This document shows, one piece after another, positions 12,401 to 24,536 of a DNA stretch of 64,000 nt. The notes under the pieces are model-generated. The model saw nothing but the letters and a program-made list of their open reading frames with translations. It was not told the DNA's origin and ran no database searches. This DNA is from Tubulanus polymorphus (Eukaryota > Animalia > Nemertea), in contig NC_134026.1 in NCBI RefSeq assembly GCF_964204645.1, positions 19,812,150-19,876,149 on the forward strand, given 5' to 3'. The position numbers were made by a program, and so were the translations under genes. Within the stretch, counting starts at the first letter, position 1; each line of letters starts with the position of its first letter.

Positions 12401-15400
12401 AACCTACCGATACTGTAAATCAGTTCAACTGTTCAAAATTAATGATAGTTTCGAATGAGACCATCATAGCGAACAAAAAATTCGATAACAGGCCACTGCT
12501 ACACAACCCGACCACAAAAAATCACCATAAATGACAGTGAATTCCGATCATTTACTTTAATCCTCACAAGCCACTTATCATATGCATAAGGAATGTCAGG
12601 AACACCCCTATAAATCGCTCAACCAACTCATGACATTAGTAGTTAGTTATCAAGGAGAAAATGTCGAGAAAATCATTTGACTCAGATGCCCTAGCATCCA
12701 CTTTCTGTACACTGAGTTCAATTCCACATGGTCAATAGGTAGTTGATAAATTGCGATAACCAAAGTTTGCCGAGGATTTCAATCGATTAACTCTGCAGGG
12801 CCAGTTAGTCGATAGCTGGTTACAGTAAACTGGTGGATAAACGCTATAGTGACAATTGAACCGGCATTGTATCCATGATATCTATATATTGGTTAACTCT
12901 AACCAACTTTTGAGCAACTGGCCCTAGGCTTAAACCAATCGACCATTGCACCTCAATTAATCCTTCCACCACTTAAAATTTCTCACTCTAGCATGTTGTA
13001 GAAGGAAATTTGAAAATTTCACCGCAATTCAATGAATAACGGCCATACCCCGTCTACCTCGTAGTGCAGTATATTGTTAGTTACTCTTCAACAGGTGATA
13101 CCATCTTTCAATGAAGATTCTACATATAATTCACAATTACACTGCAATACAGGCTTGGTACCCGTACATAACCGCATGGGGGATTGACAGAGTAAATGAG
13201 TGAAGGTCCTAAACTTACCATGCGTTTCTTGCCACATCCTTTAAACGATCGACAATCCTGATCTTTAGTGTTGTTGACATCCGCGAAAATGAGCGTCGTG
13301 CCTTTAATCGGTTTTACGTTGAACGTTGTGGCTATTTTCACAGCAGTGTCGAGGGCTTTACGATATCTCTGTATAAGGCTCAAATCGAACTTGGTTTCTC
13401 TGGAAATGGATTCGAATGTTCGTTATCATACGGGGAGCAAGCTAAAAATTTACCGAATTTAGACAATTACAATATTATATTACACGATGACGAGGTGCTT
13501 AGTTACTAGAAATATGCATGTGCAAATATGGGTCAACAATGTAAGTTAGAGACACCACAATATAGGCTATTAGCTGCCACAATCAAGTTATTGTTTAGTT
13601 GGCATGAGGCTTATACATGGTATTGTTCACGACAAACACAGACAGTAAAACTCGGGGTCCAGGGACACCATGTCCACTTGGGTAGTGGTTTCAAATGCTC
13701 AACAATCTAACAATTTCAATATTCAACACCCCCTGGTGACCATATACAAAAACCAATGGCCTTGAAACTCACCACAATCATAGAACATGTCAGCAGTTAT
13801 AATTTTGTAATTTGTGATAACAAAATATGCCTCGTTACCAATTTAATATGGAAATACTAAGTTTTTCTGTTATTCAACGCCCCCTGGGAACAATATGCAA
13901 AACCCAATGACCTTGAAACTCACCACAATCCTAGAATATGTCATGGACTACAAATTTGCAATTGATCATGGTAACAAAATATGCCTAGGTACCAATATAA
14001 TGAGGAAATACTAAGTTATTTTACTATTCAACACCCTCGTGACCATATAGAATAACTAATGTCCTTTACACTCACCACAATCATAGATGATGCCATGAGC
14101 TACAACTTGGCAATCAATTGTGGTAACAGAATATGCATAGGTACAAATATAATATCGAAATACTAAGTTATTGTATCATTCAACCCCCCATGGTGGCCAT
14201 TTCCAAAATCCAATGACCTTGAAACTCACCGAAATCATAGAACACATTATGAGCTACAACTTTCTTATGGATTGTGGTAACAAAGTATGCTTAGGTATCA
14301 ATATAATGTGGAAAAACTTTTTCCCACCTACCAATGACTGCTGAGGACACTGATGGCTACCAATTGCGTCATAATTTAATCAAAAATATCTGTCTCAGGT
14401 ATCAAACATCCCTTTGCAAGGAATACCCATCACAAATTGCAATGAGAAATGGCAAACCAGCAGGAAGCTACAGGACTAAAGTCCCAAGTGGGCTAAAAAA
14501 GGGTCTTGTAACGGAAGCTCAAGAACCAATAGGCTATATAGCATCACTTAACCTCATCATATCCCCGCCATAAACATGTGCGCATTATTTTCGACTTATA
14601 TCTGAGCTTCTCAACACTATCAACAAATATGGAACGAACTGTGTGCAAGTCCAATCGAGTTTCTAGTACTTACTGTAATGGTTTTTTTTCGAATCCTCTT
14701 GATCGCCCACCGCGTCCTCGAACACCTCCACGCCCTCGCCCACGTCCACGTGCTCCCTGTTTTTGTCTGGTAGTCGTCGTACTGTCAATCGCATTTTGGA
14801 TCAGATCATTTTCTGAAATATTCCACGTCCATATAAGCAACTGATGGATTTAAGTCATTATTTCAAGTTAGATGACGGGGAATCGACTATCAAAATTTGG
14901 ACCGGAGCAAGATTTATTCCACAGTCCTCGTTATTAGATGCGATGAACACGAACGAAAAGTGAAAAAAAGTCTTCTTACGATTCTTTCCATATTCGTCTT
15001 CAAGTGAATTGAGAACTTCGTAGGCCGAGAAAAATCGGAACGGAAACTGTTTGCTGTGGGTCACGGCACCCTGTAACAAATGAAAAAATCTTGCAGCTTA
15101 CAAGATTATCATACATGAATTCTGAATTCTTTTTTTTGTCTTTAAGGTAGGAATCTTTAATATCTGGACTTCGGGCGTGGTCACAAACCTACCAAAATGT
15201 GGGAAAATATCTTAATCATACGAAAACAAAGCTCATTCCTTACGTAGGTATATATATTTCCCAGTTACACTTTTCAACATCTTATCACTAAACGGGGCCG
15301 GATGTAGGGTGCCTCACATTCCAAATGTGAGGCTCTCAACAAATCTGAAATGCCTTTCTTAAAAGAAGGGCAGAAAACAACTTTGATAACCTGGATTGTT

Positions 15401-18400
15401 TAATGATGCAAAATTTCATTTTATCAAAATGCTTGACGAATGGTTTTCCTGTGAATTGGCGTGGATTCAATTTGCCATTTTGAGAAAGTACCCTTTTCCC
15501 TTCGGTGAGAAATTAGACCCCCTTCTTAAGTTTTAGCCGTAAGTTTGAATCCCAGGTTAAATAAAACCTGTAAGTTTGAATACCAGTTAAGTGAGTTCTG
15601 GCAGCAAAAGAGTTTCTAACAGTTGTATATGTCTACCTCGTCCGACAATTTTTTCAAGATGATGTGATGATGAGCTTCCGATATACCGGCGCGGATCATA
15701 TTTCGCAGGTTTCGCAACATAGCCATGAATGGCAATTTCTTGTGATCTGCAAGTATTTGATCAAAAACCAACCGCTGAAAAAATCCTTCAATGCAATGGG
15801 GACAATCTTCATAGAAAATTTCATGTAGGCCCATAACTTGTCCACCCGCTTTAGCCACATACAATGAAGATTGATATACATGTATACACCTACCGATCAG
15901 TTCTTCCCATACAACGGCTTTATTTCCCTTCAATGAGACCTGAGTTTCCCATGTTTCCGGGGTCGGGAGTTTCATGCGTTTTCCCGCCCGTTCTTGGTCC
16001 CACGTGCCCGGCAATCGCAGCTGGTAGAATTCTTCGAGCGATTCGGGATACCTGACAGGATATCGAATTAACAGATGTTAATTCTCGACACGGAGAGAAC
16101 ATAGGCTAGGGGTAGATACTCCTGAGAGCGTCACAAATTTGCTTATACAACTGGTGGCCGTATAGTAAAAGACTTGTACTTCAATTATCCTTTAACCTAT
16201 TAAAAACCAATCTTTCAAATCTTTAAGAAGGGACTTTAAACGCATATCTTTAATGAAACTTACAACTGAAATGTTTTAATTCAAGGAATATTGTATTTTA
16301 AACTATCTGTAATGTTGAATATTTTTCTTTAAGGCGCTCCGAATCATTATGAGATTTAGCCAATATGAAAATAAATTTCATTATTATTAGGCCTATATTA
16401 TCATAATCTTGGTACATGGGTAATTAATGACCAATAAGTGGCAATTTAGACAAGTACCTGCATTTCTTAAACTGATTGACTGATTTGCACGGATTGGCAT
16501 AAAATTCAGATACTCATCATTTGTGTGGCAGAAAACCCGTTATCGCTGTGCAAGAGTCAATATTTACCGTTTTCCAACTAGGGACATGCAATGGTCGACC
16601 GGTTCCGGAACATGCAAACAACGAATCAGTTGTTTCAATGAGAACGTTCTGCGTTCACGTTCCTCTTCTGTATCACTCTGAGGATCCGACACGACCTTCA
16701 AGTAATAAAACCACAACAACGATTCGTAATGCAAGACAAAAACGCGAATTTCTCATATTAAACTGGTGAAATCGGATTTTAAAAAAACAATAAAGTTAGA
16801 AAGTCTTCGACAGCAATTCTATCTCCTTCAAATTCACCTCATTATTCGCATTAAAATTAGCTGAAGACCCAGCAGAAGTGGCCACATCCTTTTTCTGCCC
16901 CTGTGCTTTTGGTTTTGTTTGTTTGTTATATTTTGCTGAAAATGAAAACGAATGAAATATGATTAACCTCCCGACAAAAATAATGCACGCATTTTCGAGG
17001 TTATGGTATTCAGTTCCTGCTGAATCATGATTCTCATAGCCGAACATCTCTAGAACGCAGAGTTTCTCAGCTTCGAATAATGGGTAATTATAAAAGGTGT
17101 CAAATCTGTCTATTGGAACAACATTTGCTGCAATAATACCTTTTGTCGGATATTTTTAACTAATAACTCCGCCAAAAGTGACCTACAAGTGAGTTTTGCT
17201 ACAGACAAATGCCAAAATTGTGATACCACAAAAAATGCTTCATCTCTAGGCTGGTATTATAACGAGCTTTGGTTGTACATAAAAGGATCGATCTACATAT
17301 ATTGGGGAATAGTTTGAATATATTTACCAAGCTGGTATTTGTCGAAATCGGGAAATTTCGCGACCAACACTCTTCTCAAGGCTGAAGGCAATGATCCGAA
17401 GTTTAGCCTACTATCGTCGAATATCTGAGAATAAAGGGGATACAACTCAAATAATAGAAGTACTATTCAAACCTACATTTTGATTTAACTCAATTAGCAA
17501 CAAGTGTACTGCAACTCCCTTTGCGTTTATTTCCAAAAACAAGCTATATTCGTGAATGTCAAGATGGTATTTTACATGGGTCAGTACATACCTGGTAAAG
17601 TGTGGGTACATCGATCCAGTCAGATGGCAACATTACACTGCTTTTGAAGTACTTTTTCAGATACGCGCGGCATCCAGGTACGTACGCCGACAAAGCCAGC
17701 AAGAAATTAGCAGTCGAACGAATATTGAGTTCGCGTCTCGTGTACAAAGCCAGCTAATGGGAAGACAAAAATTTCAAAAAATCTTTAGTATATTAAGCGT
17801 CCGAGTCCATCGTTGAAGTCAAATCACCCTTTTTAATCATCCAATGGTGTTGTTTGACAATAGTAAGATTAAGAGTACCAGCATGCCAATCTAAATCAAG
17901 CTCAGAGCTGGAGTTGTTAGTTTCTAGACATTTCTATCACTGGATGACATTTGAGGTGATCTTTTGCAACAACAATTTCAAACTGAAATGGCTGTTAGAC
18001 TTTAATCCCAAAAAAATCCACAATAATTTCATTGATAGTACGACTATATTTTGGCCCCCTCCTCCTAGCCATTTATTGTCCAGGGGCCGGTTGCTCAAAA
18101 GTTAGTGGATAAATACAACATTAACAATGAACTTTTAGTTTTCAATATGTCAACTATCCACTTGTATCTAATCCACTTTTATAAAATCGCCCCACCAGAG
18201 GAGAAGTGACATTCATCCACTTACAGTATCTGCCATCCTCCCTCAGCAGGGATTCGAAGCTGATGGCATCACACTCAGCCACGGCACGAACCCCTGCCAC
18301 ACTAGACCGGGTGCGCAGGTACATGCGCAGGTTTGCTGTACAAGGGAAAACCCGGGCTAAAATAAAATGGGATATCTGGCTAATAATGTCATCCTCTAAG

Positions 18401-20579
18401 CTACGCATGTAGCTGCGCACTCGCTGTAGTGTGGCAGGGCTTCGGTACCGTGGCAATCTCGATGCTATCAAGTTCGAATCCCTGCCGCTGGAGGATGAGT
18501 ATCAGCATCCCTCTCAGTTGGCAAACACAGTGTAAACATGCTCAAATGCCACTTTTAGGTAAATGGAGCCTCATACATGTTCTAGATAGCCTGAAAAATC
18601 ATGAACATACCTTCAAAATGAACTCAGGATCGGATGATGTGACATCTTCAGCGAGTTTAATCAGCTTTAATCTCTGTTCGTCTTGTTGATCCTTGTAATT
18701 CGGAACGTGAATCAACGAGGAACTAACAGCATTGATCAATGTACGCTGTAATCAAACATAGAAAACATTGTCTATAGTATCATCAATTTTTACTCCAATA
18801 TTTTTTCTAGTTGTCCTTCACAATGGGGTTGAGCACAGCAGGGGTACCTGAGCTCAGCAACAGATGCTTTGCCTATCAGTCGGTTAACTTTGAATATGAT
18901 TTCTAGGCTCCCGCATCCAAATGTCATTGGACAAGCCATGAACAAAATAATTTTCTAGCCTTTGGTCTAGTTTTCATCGATAACAGCCTGAGATCGGCTT
19001 TTTTAATGTTTGGTATAGTTAGCATCAAAAATAATAATAGCCCCTTTCCACTGAGCTGTTGATAAGTTAAACTTCATGCAGCTTTGAACAGGAAAGTTTT
19101 TTGTATGCATCTGAATGACAGAACTGATGTTTCTGAACCAATTGACAGTGGTAGAGAGATCCAGATTTGAGGTGCTTTAACTAAGAATGAATAGCCGCTG
19201 AACAGCTTCAAATCGATACTATGAGGTGATAGACGGTCCTAAGAACTAGAAGATCGAAATCAGCCTATTCATTTCTGTGAAAAGTTGATTACCGGTAGAT
19301 TCTCATTGAAATGTAAACGATATTTTGCGTGCAGAAGATATACAGGGCATAATGGGTAACACACAGTTGCAGGATTGAAAAAGGACTGAGGGCCCAGGAG
19401 AGCAGTGCGTTCAATGGCACAATTCACCGATCCTTACTAAACTTTCAGGGCCCAGCTGCTTAACGAAAACTAACTTAGTTACTGATGTCTGCTATTAATT
19501 GATAGGTGCCAGCATCTTTCAATGGATATAAAAACTAATCACTAAATCACTAAATCCATCACTGATTTATGCATCGCACTGTTGTATAGATGTACTGAAA
19601 GATGTACCATACTTAGGAGGAGTCAGTTCCAATCATCACCACATTATCAACCGGTTGATTCATACCAACCTATAAGCAATGCGATTCATAGCAAAAATTA
19701 CGAATTTACCTTTGATTCTTCCAAAGTTTCCCCGAAAGCAGGTTCGAGCGGCATAGAAATAATCGGCAATTCTTCGGCGACGAGAAATTTTTCATCCGCA
19801 AATGCCTCATCGGTCAAATCATAATACGGCATCGGATGAACGATATTATCGTGAACGGTGTAACTTTCTCGTTTTTCCGTCTTCAAACCGGCGGCGCCTG
19901 AGGATCGTACGGCAGACGGCTTGAATAGCGGCGAAGACGACCGACCAGACAACGACGTCGTCAACAAAGACTTGTAAGTCGATGATGAGCCCGTAAGCGT
20001 CGATGATAAATTCCGAGTAAGATTTACGCCGCTCAATCTCAGACTATTTCCCGAAATCGAACTTCCCGATAGTAAATTCGATTTTGTCGTCAAACTGCTC
20101 TTCCCTGATAAACAAGTTGTTAAACTACTTTTCCCTAACGACGCAGATCCGACATTAGCACCTCTCAAGCCATTCGAGTCAGGACTTGGTATTTTATAGA
20201 GGAGCGGATTTTTCAAACTGCCGAGAGATGTCAAAGGTTTTGAAGCGACGTCGCTCTTTCTTCCAGAGACATTTTCCGACCTTGAACGGCTACTGCCTTT
20301 TAGCGGAACTTTGCTAACGGAAAAACTCGCTTTGGTTCTTTTATCTGCTGAAGAAAAAAAAACTTGGTACTCATGCAATTCCAGTTTAAAGTTTAACTCC
20401 TATAATCGATTTCATTTCTTCAATTTTTCAGTTTATTCTAAATTGATTTAGCAGAGTTAGGCCTAATCCTTTTTGCAAAGCCCCTGATTCACCTGCAAAA
20501 TCGCTATAACAAGGATTCAAACCTTACAGAATTGGCAACTCGGAAAACCTAACTTACCAGACATAAGTGTCGAAGGCAT
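866..20579 (-). CDS. TEP1: Telomerase protein component 1 / vault-associated TEP1, 5' part; the gene continues beyond position 1
   Basis: Phase-consistent GT-AG exons: 20579-20558, 20347-19710, 18745-18611, 17753-17592, 17424-17328, 16935-16838, 16695-16568, 16051-15894, 15746-15637, 15070-14980, 14812-14674, 13399-13219, 12148-11984, 11625-11545, 10569-10433, 10015-9950, 9833-9684, 8967-8791, 1108-866. TROVE motifs: [67 protein letters not shown]. vWA end: [23 protein letters not shown]4062: [16 protein letters not shown]...VDLRWGV...[11 protein letters not shown]. Confidence 0.95.
1595..1945. repeat. Dispersed repeat; diverged copy at about 8145-8520
   Basis: aagttt..aatctcacagca, gactcta, ctatcaata...aatgggagt and caatcaat.gcaaa are colinear in both copies. 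Confidence 0.6.
1945..2650. repeat. Dispersed repeat (Helitron/HINE-like); related copy at about 9110-9385
   Basis: attaccatgc.ttag.tcccat.gcattttggatatgttgt and cactgggcctattc...caactag are shared. gacagaca microsatellite in the second copy. Confidence 0.55.
3379..4488 (-). CDS. Intronless class A (rhodopsin-like) GPCR, FMRFamide/peptide-receptor-like invertebrate expansion type, nested in a TEP1 intron
   Basis: 369-aa ORF with seven hydrophobic segments. Motifs: GLMSN (TM1), YLAALAVSD (TM2), [19 protein letters not shown] (TM3), VNFLIY (TM7). N-terminal N-x-S/T sites. Confidence 0.9.
   Translation of the reverse strand: MNIYNAKTMNLTSNSANESDLLEGAYCYFYFVYPVDLVNTLNPWIKWVQIVFTSVFMIFGLMSNIISFVVMAMTKMRERSFAVYLAALAVSDGCNLILHGIFWINFVGALSGGPLVIAVSGGLTKTVMKYTSFYFAALSSWLVTLISVERFIVVCFPMSARRLCRRRSACAATCCTVLGVLCVMSIDASLRPWMNDGAGCRMPSRRYDSNVLGILMIGYLPFIIITVCCVSIIAVLSRRSARTPMAAIRLTNYKVTRLMLFVMLVFLVLLFPTIVAVTLIAALPRLQQVLKFACGTMPIILWEMSYSVNFLIYALTSQKVREVFVVKFQFRSTDGALSDNRLRDRMNDKTKKSEETPVSPTPALNATEA
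5332..5370. repeat. (ATTATC)n microsatellite
   Basis: Read directly from the sequence. Confidence 0.9.
5381..5738. mobile_element. PIF/Harbinger-like MITE
   Basis: Perfect ~40-bp TIR AGCCTAGCGCACATCGACACTGCGATTGGAGACAACTAGT. TTA on both flanks. Internal gcacatcga repeats. Confidence 0.8.
6245..6286 (-). ncRNA. Minimal type I hammerhead ribozyme motif (one core substitution)
   Basis: Minus strand ACAC CUGACAA U GAUCUC UAGUGU GAGAUC GAAAC GUC GUGU: stem I, CUGANGA-like core, stem II, GAAA, GUC site. Confidence 0.6.
6310..6410. repeat. (TA)n microsatellite
   Basis: Two TA runs separated by ttttgt. Confidence 0.98.
10689..11045. mobile_element. Mutator-like MITE, family M-b
   Basis: Near-complete palindrome. 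Flanks catctacca / catccacca. Homologous to 53735-53944. Confidence 0.8.
11315..11430. repeat. Dispersed repeat; inverted copy at about 39300-39425
   Basis: tgtgatctgtg.gctggccacaaatgcaca...ctacactacc...tacccacagctt is shared. Confidence 0.65.
12798..12925. mobile_element. Short GGGCC-ended Harbinger-like MITE; related copies at about 9405-9512, 18083-18192 and 36682-36809
   Basis: gggccagtt...ttttgagcaactggccc termini and a shared ggttaactctaaccaacttttgagcaact segment. Confidence 0.65.
13545..14500. mobile_element. Helentron/HINE-like element with four ~150-bp internal tandem repeats
   Basis: Units starting ttcaac(a/g)ccccctgg at about 13724, 13873, 14027 and 14179, each containing ccttgaaactcaccacaatc. 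End ggactaaagtcccaagtgggctaaaaa (inverse copy at 49570-49597). A single unit lies at about 20786-20890. Confidence 0.6.
18234..18497. mobile_element. Mutator-like MITE, family M-a
   Basis: Long TIRs CATCCTCCCTCAGCAGGGATTCGAAGCTGATGGCATC / GATGCTATCAAGTTCGAATCCCTGCCGCTGGAGGATG. 9-bp flanks agtatctgc / agtatcagc. Confidence 0.85.
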
Positions 20580-21131
20580 AGTGCTGGTTAGCTGTAGGGA
20601 ACATTTCGTGCTCACTACCGTACTGTCACACTTTGTATCCATAACAGGAGCCATGTTGCCCTATTCGAACAAGAAAAAATAATTTCCAAGTTTGGCAAAA
20701 GTGAAAAATAGTTGAATCTAGGCGACCAGGGACATGATGCCCATATGGGAAGTGGTTAGAAATACTCAACAATCCGACAATTTCAATATTCAATGCCCCT
20801 AGTGAGCATATATAATACCAAATGACCTTGAAACTCACCAAATCATAGAATCTGCAATTTTTACAATTGATTGTGGTAGAAAAATATGCCTAATTTTCGC
20901 ACTACTTATTGTTAAGTTTTGTGTGCTAAGATTGGTTTATATGGAAGAGCTCAGATGACATTCGAGATATGAGATATAACATACGAGATATGAGGAGATG
21001 CAACATACGAGATACGACATAAATGGCATACAAGATACAACTTATTTACAGTACAGGTGTCCATCCGCCAGCGCCTCCTCGCTATATGTTTTTCAATATT
21101 CACTGCATATAAATCGTTTAATATTGATGCG

Positions 21132-21410
21132 TGGGTTTTACTAAAACTATGCACTACTAAAACGAAGACGGAAGACCTATGCACTTTGCGAGACTAAAAC
21201 TACGCGTGACTAAAACGAAGACCGAAGACCTATGAACGCATTTGAAATCATAACTTGGGGCGCTATCTGTATATTCAACCACCTCTTTTGATGAGTATAG
21301 GCAATAGGGACCTACTAGATATAAACATACATAAGGAAACGTAAAATGTTCGGTTAATTTTCTCGGGTGCATAGGTCTTCGTTTTAGTAGTGCATAGTTT
21401 TAGTAACACC
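21132..21410. mobile_element. MITE with ~35-bp TIRs
   Basis: ttactaaaactatgcactactaaaacgaagac / gtcttcgttttagtagtgcatagttttagtaa. Confidence 0.7.
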
Positions 21411-22992
21411 GTACAGTCATCGTCAATTATATGAAAACCAACATAGTCAACATTTTATTCAAACCAGATATCTTTTGGAAAATGGACACACGGACAAAAC
21501 GATTAGGCCATACTATGAACACCCTGGACTTGGCGCGGCGCCAGTGTTCCTCTCCTGCAGGTGATGACAAGTTTTTCAAATTACAAAATTAAAAAGATAT
21601 CAAAGTTCAAAATATTACGCTAGTTCTTGTCTTCCTTGGTCTGAAAACGGCCTGGTGTTCAGGGTCCGGGGTTCCGGTACTGCCTGCGGAAAAACTGCCC
21701 GGCAGGCCGCCCGCCTCTGCCGTACGGCTGGTTTTTTTATTGTCTCAGAAATCAAAATTCTAAAAAAAACTCTGCAGCCGAAACATTCCGGCCCTCTTAG
21801 GCCCCATCTCCGCTGTTTGATACTTCTTCTAATTTACGATTGTATCAAAGACCCCTTGAATTCTTGAATCCTGAAACAACCCGGGAACGGGCCGTACATC
21901 GGTCTGGTCAATCCAGATTAATAGAACTCAAGCGTGCTCTCTCTCAATTGTAGGTTTGTTATCCCCAAGCTAAATTCCATCCCTACCAAGCTACGGGGCA
22001 GACTAGTCCACTAGACCAGCCGTTGAGAGTCGAGACTGGCCAGTTTTTGTATCTAACCGCTGGGCATGCGGCACTGTCTTTCTATACTATGGGTAGGTGT
22101 GATTGCGGCTTAGTAAAACTATTTGGCTATCTTTTTTTTCTGACATCTTTCATGAAAAGGGCCAATGGCTGAAACTGAATACCTTTTATTATAATCGGAG
22201 AATCCAATCTAAGAGATCATTCTCATCAATTATCATGGTCAGTTTTAAAATTGTTTATTGAAAAAACTACAGGAACCACATAAATAAGTCTTTAGCATAA
22301 CACAACACCTCTTACATCCGTAAAGATAAGAGATCTATGGAATCATGAAGTAAAATTTTTCGAGGGAATAAGCGAACCTCCGGAACTTTGCTTATGGTGC
22401 GTTTGCACCCGTCGCAAAAAACATTGTGATAAACAAACTCAGCTGCACTCTGATAGTGCAAGGATCTGGGATTCTGATATTTGATGAATAATTCATTCAA
22501 TACATTTATGTTATCTTAGTATTTCTAATTCATATCCATGTTTCAATTCATTCATTGAAATTCATAGTACACTAAACAAATTCCCTGTGTGTCGGACTTT
22601 AAAAAAAAACTCTTCGGTCATCGGCATTCGTAATATATACATAGGCCTACATAAGATAAAAATCTGCTAATGTACAAATCAAAAGAATCTAAAATCGAGA
22701 ATTTATTTATTCAAACAATCTAAAATATAAAATACACGACGTTTTGATCTCACCCTAGAGACCGTCGCCGGGTAGTGGGTTTTTATCTTATCCATTCACC
22801 ATGTTTGGGTGTGGTTATCGTAATATACATACATCTTTCATTCTTCATCGAAAACCCTCGATCGAACGCGAAGTTTAACTTGACTAGGCGCAATTCTTAG
22901 GACCAGCAATTTTACTGGGGCCATATATGGCTAACTCAAGAATTTGAATTTTGTACACTCGAAAATGGATTTTGGAATTTGAGGGGTTTTGA

Positions 22993-23728
22993 TTATTCTA
23001 ATACCTAGCAGTTGGTCCTCAAACAACGTCTAGGGCAAAGTGCACATATAAGGTTAGGACGAGGCTTTGAGCGTCTATTTCACCATTTAAAACACCATCA
23101 ACTTACCTCAAACTGATTGTTCTGTAATCAGATGGAAGTTAACTATTGTTTGGGCATAAATTTAAAATCCTAAGTAGCTTGTGACGATCGTAGCAACTCA
23201 AAACTTTTGAATAGTCGCCTCAAAAAATAGTTGAAGTGAAGCAACATAACAAATATAGCGGCTTTTCGTGTTGCATGATGGGAGGGTAAATTACGGATTC
23301 AGACTTAAACTTGGACTGACATTGATGCCAATGCAGATATTATTCTTGTTTCAAATTCTTAAGGTAAAATTCGCCAAAATAAATGCTTTTATCAACAAAA
23401 AATAACATTTAGAGTAATTTTAGAGAGACACATTGAATTTTCACATCTTATCAATTTAGTCTGTATTGGAAATCCCGATTGTGGCAATCAATTCAATTAA
23501 AATCAAATCAATAAATTCTCCGGTTCTGGATTTAAATCATCAAAAGTATTATTATAAAACATGTTTTCAAAGTCAAAAAGGTAACTAATTAATTTATTTG
23601 AGTACAAAGGTTTGATTTGACACTAAAATCAGTTGTTGCATTGCAATAAACAGGATCGAGTTAACCTCTATATGTCAGTTTGGCGTCAGACGTTGTAGGG
23701 AACCGTAACAACGACTGGTATTCGGACT
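22993..23728 (-). mobile_element. Non-autonomous element A, copy 1 (inverted relative to 26309-27043)
   Basis: Colinear reverse-complement match over about 730 bp. Confidence 0.85.
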
Positions 23729-24536
23729 AGTGTCTATTTCAACCTGACTTGAGAGCATTCCGGGTGGCCTAGCTCAGTCAGTATTGTTACTACATACCTG
23801 ATAAAGGTCTTATTAGGACCAGAATGCATTGGCAGCTGACCTTAAATATACCCCAGTGAAGTTCATTACTTGTTCCTTATTCCTTATTCCGTTACTTATT
23901 CAGAATTCAACTCCCAATAAGGAACAAGTAACATGTTACTTGTTCCTTATTCAGATTTTCTTGTTACTTATTCAGAATTCATCTCCCAATAAGGATAAGT
24001 ATAAGTAACATGTTACTTGTTCCTTGTTCCTTATTCAGATTTTCGACTTTACCGGTTCAATTTTCGTTACTTATTGAGAATTCATCTCCCAATAAGGAGC
24101 AAGTTACTTGTTCCTTATTGGGCGGTGAATTCTGAATAAGTAACAAGAAAATCTGATTAAGGAACAAGTAACAAGTGTTACTTGTTCCTTATTGGGAGAT
24201 GAATTCTGAATAAGTAACGAAAATTGAACCGGTAAAGACGAAAATCTGAATAAGTAATATTCATGTCTCCATGCCTACCAACTGAAATTTGATACGTAGG
24301 CATGGAAACATATTGTTAAACTTTCAAATCATGGAGTCACTTCTCTTCATTTAACCCCTTTCAGTGAAGACTTTTTGGATATCCTTCAATACAGTTTCAA
24401 ATGGATTAAAAAATGATGATTTAGGTTGACTGCCTGTCTTTTCTGGTCCTAATAAGACCTTTATCAGGTATGTACTACCAAAAATGAGCGAGCTAGGCCA
24501 CCCGGAATGCTTTCAAGTCAGGTTGAAATAGACATT
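23729..24536. mobile_element. MITE B with ~110-bp TIRs and an internal inverted array of gttacttgttccttatt repeats
   Basis: AGTGTCTATTTCAACCTGACTTGA / TCAAGTCAGGTTGAAATAGACATT, inserted in the CTAG at the end of element A. Confidence 0.85.

Noticed and set aside
18465-18490. tRNA T-loop/B-box-like GTTCGAATCCC (also at about 209, 28136, 33025, 49116, 53455)
   Set aside because: No cloverleaf or correctly spaced A box; most of these lie within MITE TIRs.
21998-22022. GGCTGGTC...GACTAGTC on the minus strand resembling Y RNA ends
   Set aside because: Only a 5-nt loop separates the two halves; far too short for a Y RNA.
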